IMG/VR virus record: IMGVR_UViG_3300028283_000029
Location: 1 to 24,829 of that record
DNA length: 24,829 nt
Reading direction: 5' to 3' (one strand)
Source: a virus
Lineage: Duplodnaviria > Caudoviricetes
Of this stretch, positions 24,724-24,829 are shown in pieces (the stretch's first letter is position 1; every line of letters begins with the position of its first letter). The position numbers were made by a program, and so were the translations under genes. The notes below the pieces were generated by a model. The model did no database searches. It was not told the DNA's origin and saw only the letters and a list, made by a program, of their open reading frames with translations.

Positions 24724-24803
24724 AAAAAGGGCCGGTCACTGCTACCACATTCATTGCAGGGCAATGAAAGAGCTCGGGACTTTCACCCGTGTGCCGGCCT
24801 TTT
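24724..24803 (-). ncRNA. Structured leader RNA upstream of the BRO-N gene
   Basis: Outer stem GGCCGG-CAC...GUG-A-CCGGCC followed by a U-tract. Inner hairpins CGGG-UGAAAGU-CCCG and UUCAUUGC-CCU-GCAAUGAA. Confidence 0.6.
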
Positions 24804-24829
24804 CTTGTTCTGTCTTTGGAATTTACCCT

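Larger units (their letters stand above)
1..24829. mobile_element. Mu-like contractile-tailed (pro)phage, morphogenesis region; probable Bacteroidota host
   Basis: DUF935 portal, MuF, gp36-like and gpG-like genes, terminase, capsid, sheath, tube and baseplate. Transposase and phage ends are not in the window. Confidence 0.88.

Noticed and set aside
24775-24789. CGGGUGAAAGUCCCG resembles the T-loop hairpin of FMN riboswitches
   Set aside because: The remaining conserved FMN aptamer sequence is absent and the downstream gene is unrelated to flavin metabolism.
2882-24829. Second DGR variable repeat
   Set aside because: No other match to the TR core was seen by eye, and no other protein ends in a CLec-like VR motif. 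A BLASTN of TR would be definitive.

Overview
The window is the structural half of a Mu-like, contractile-tailed (pro)phage, most likely of a Bacteroidota host (TAnnTTTG promoter boxes and AT-rich leaders). Two divergent operons start from 16979-17121. Leftwards (-): protease/scaffold, capsid, lysis genes, sheath, tube, chaperone, tape measure, baseplate and fibre genes. Rightwards (+): terminase, gp36-like adaptor, DUF935 portal, MuF, gpG-like and tail-completion genes. The left end carries a diversity-generating retroelement (DGR) in BPP-1 gene order: target gene with variable repeat (VR) 873-984, avd, template repeat (TR) 290-401, then the start of a reverse transcriptase running off the window. 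All 15 TR/VR mismatches fall at TR adenines. The most unusual signal is a canonical -1 frameshift cassette (T TTT TTC plus hairpin) at the end of the portal gene. It would yield an ~893-aa portal-MuF-ADP-ribosyltransferase fusion, and it is followed by a convergent small gene with its own promoter, a candidate antitoxin. Also seen: a second -1 frameshift (tail chaperone G/GT), an antisense membrane-protein moron, a signal-peptide protein within the tail operon, a capsid protein with a hydrophobic N-terminal leader, and a structured RNA leader upstream of a BRO-N gene. Family assignments are from motif recognition by eye, not database searches.
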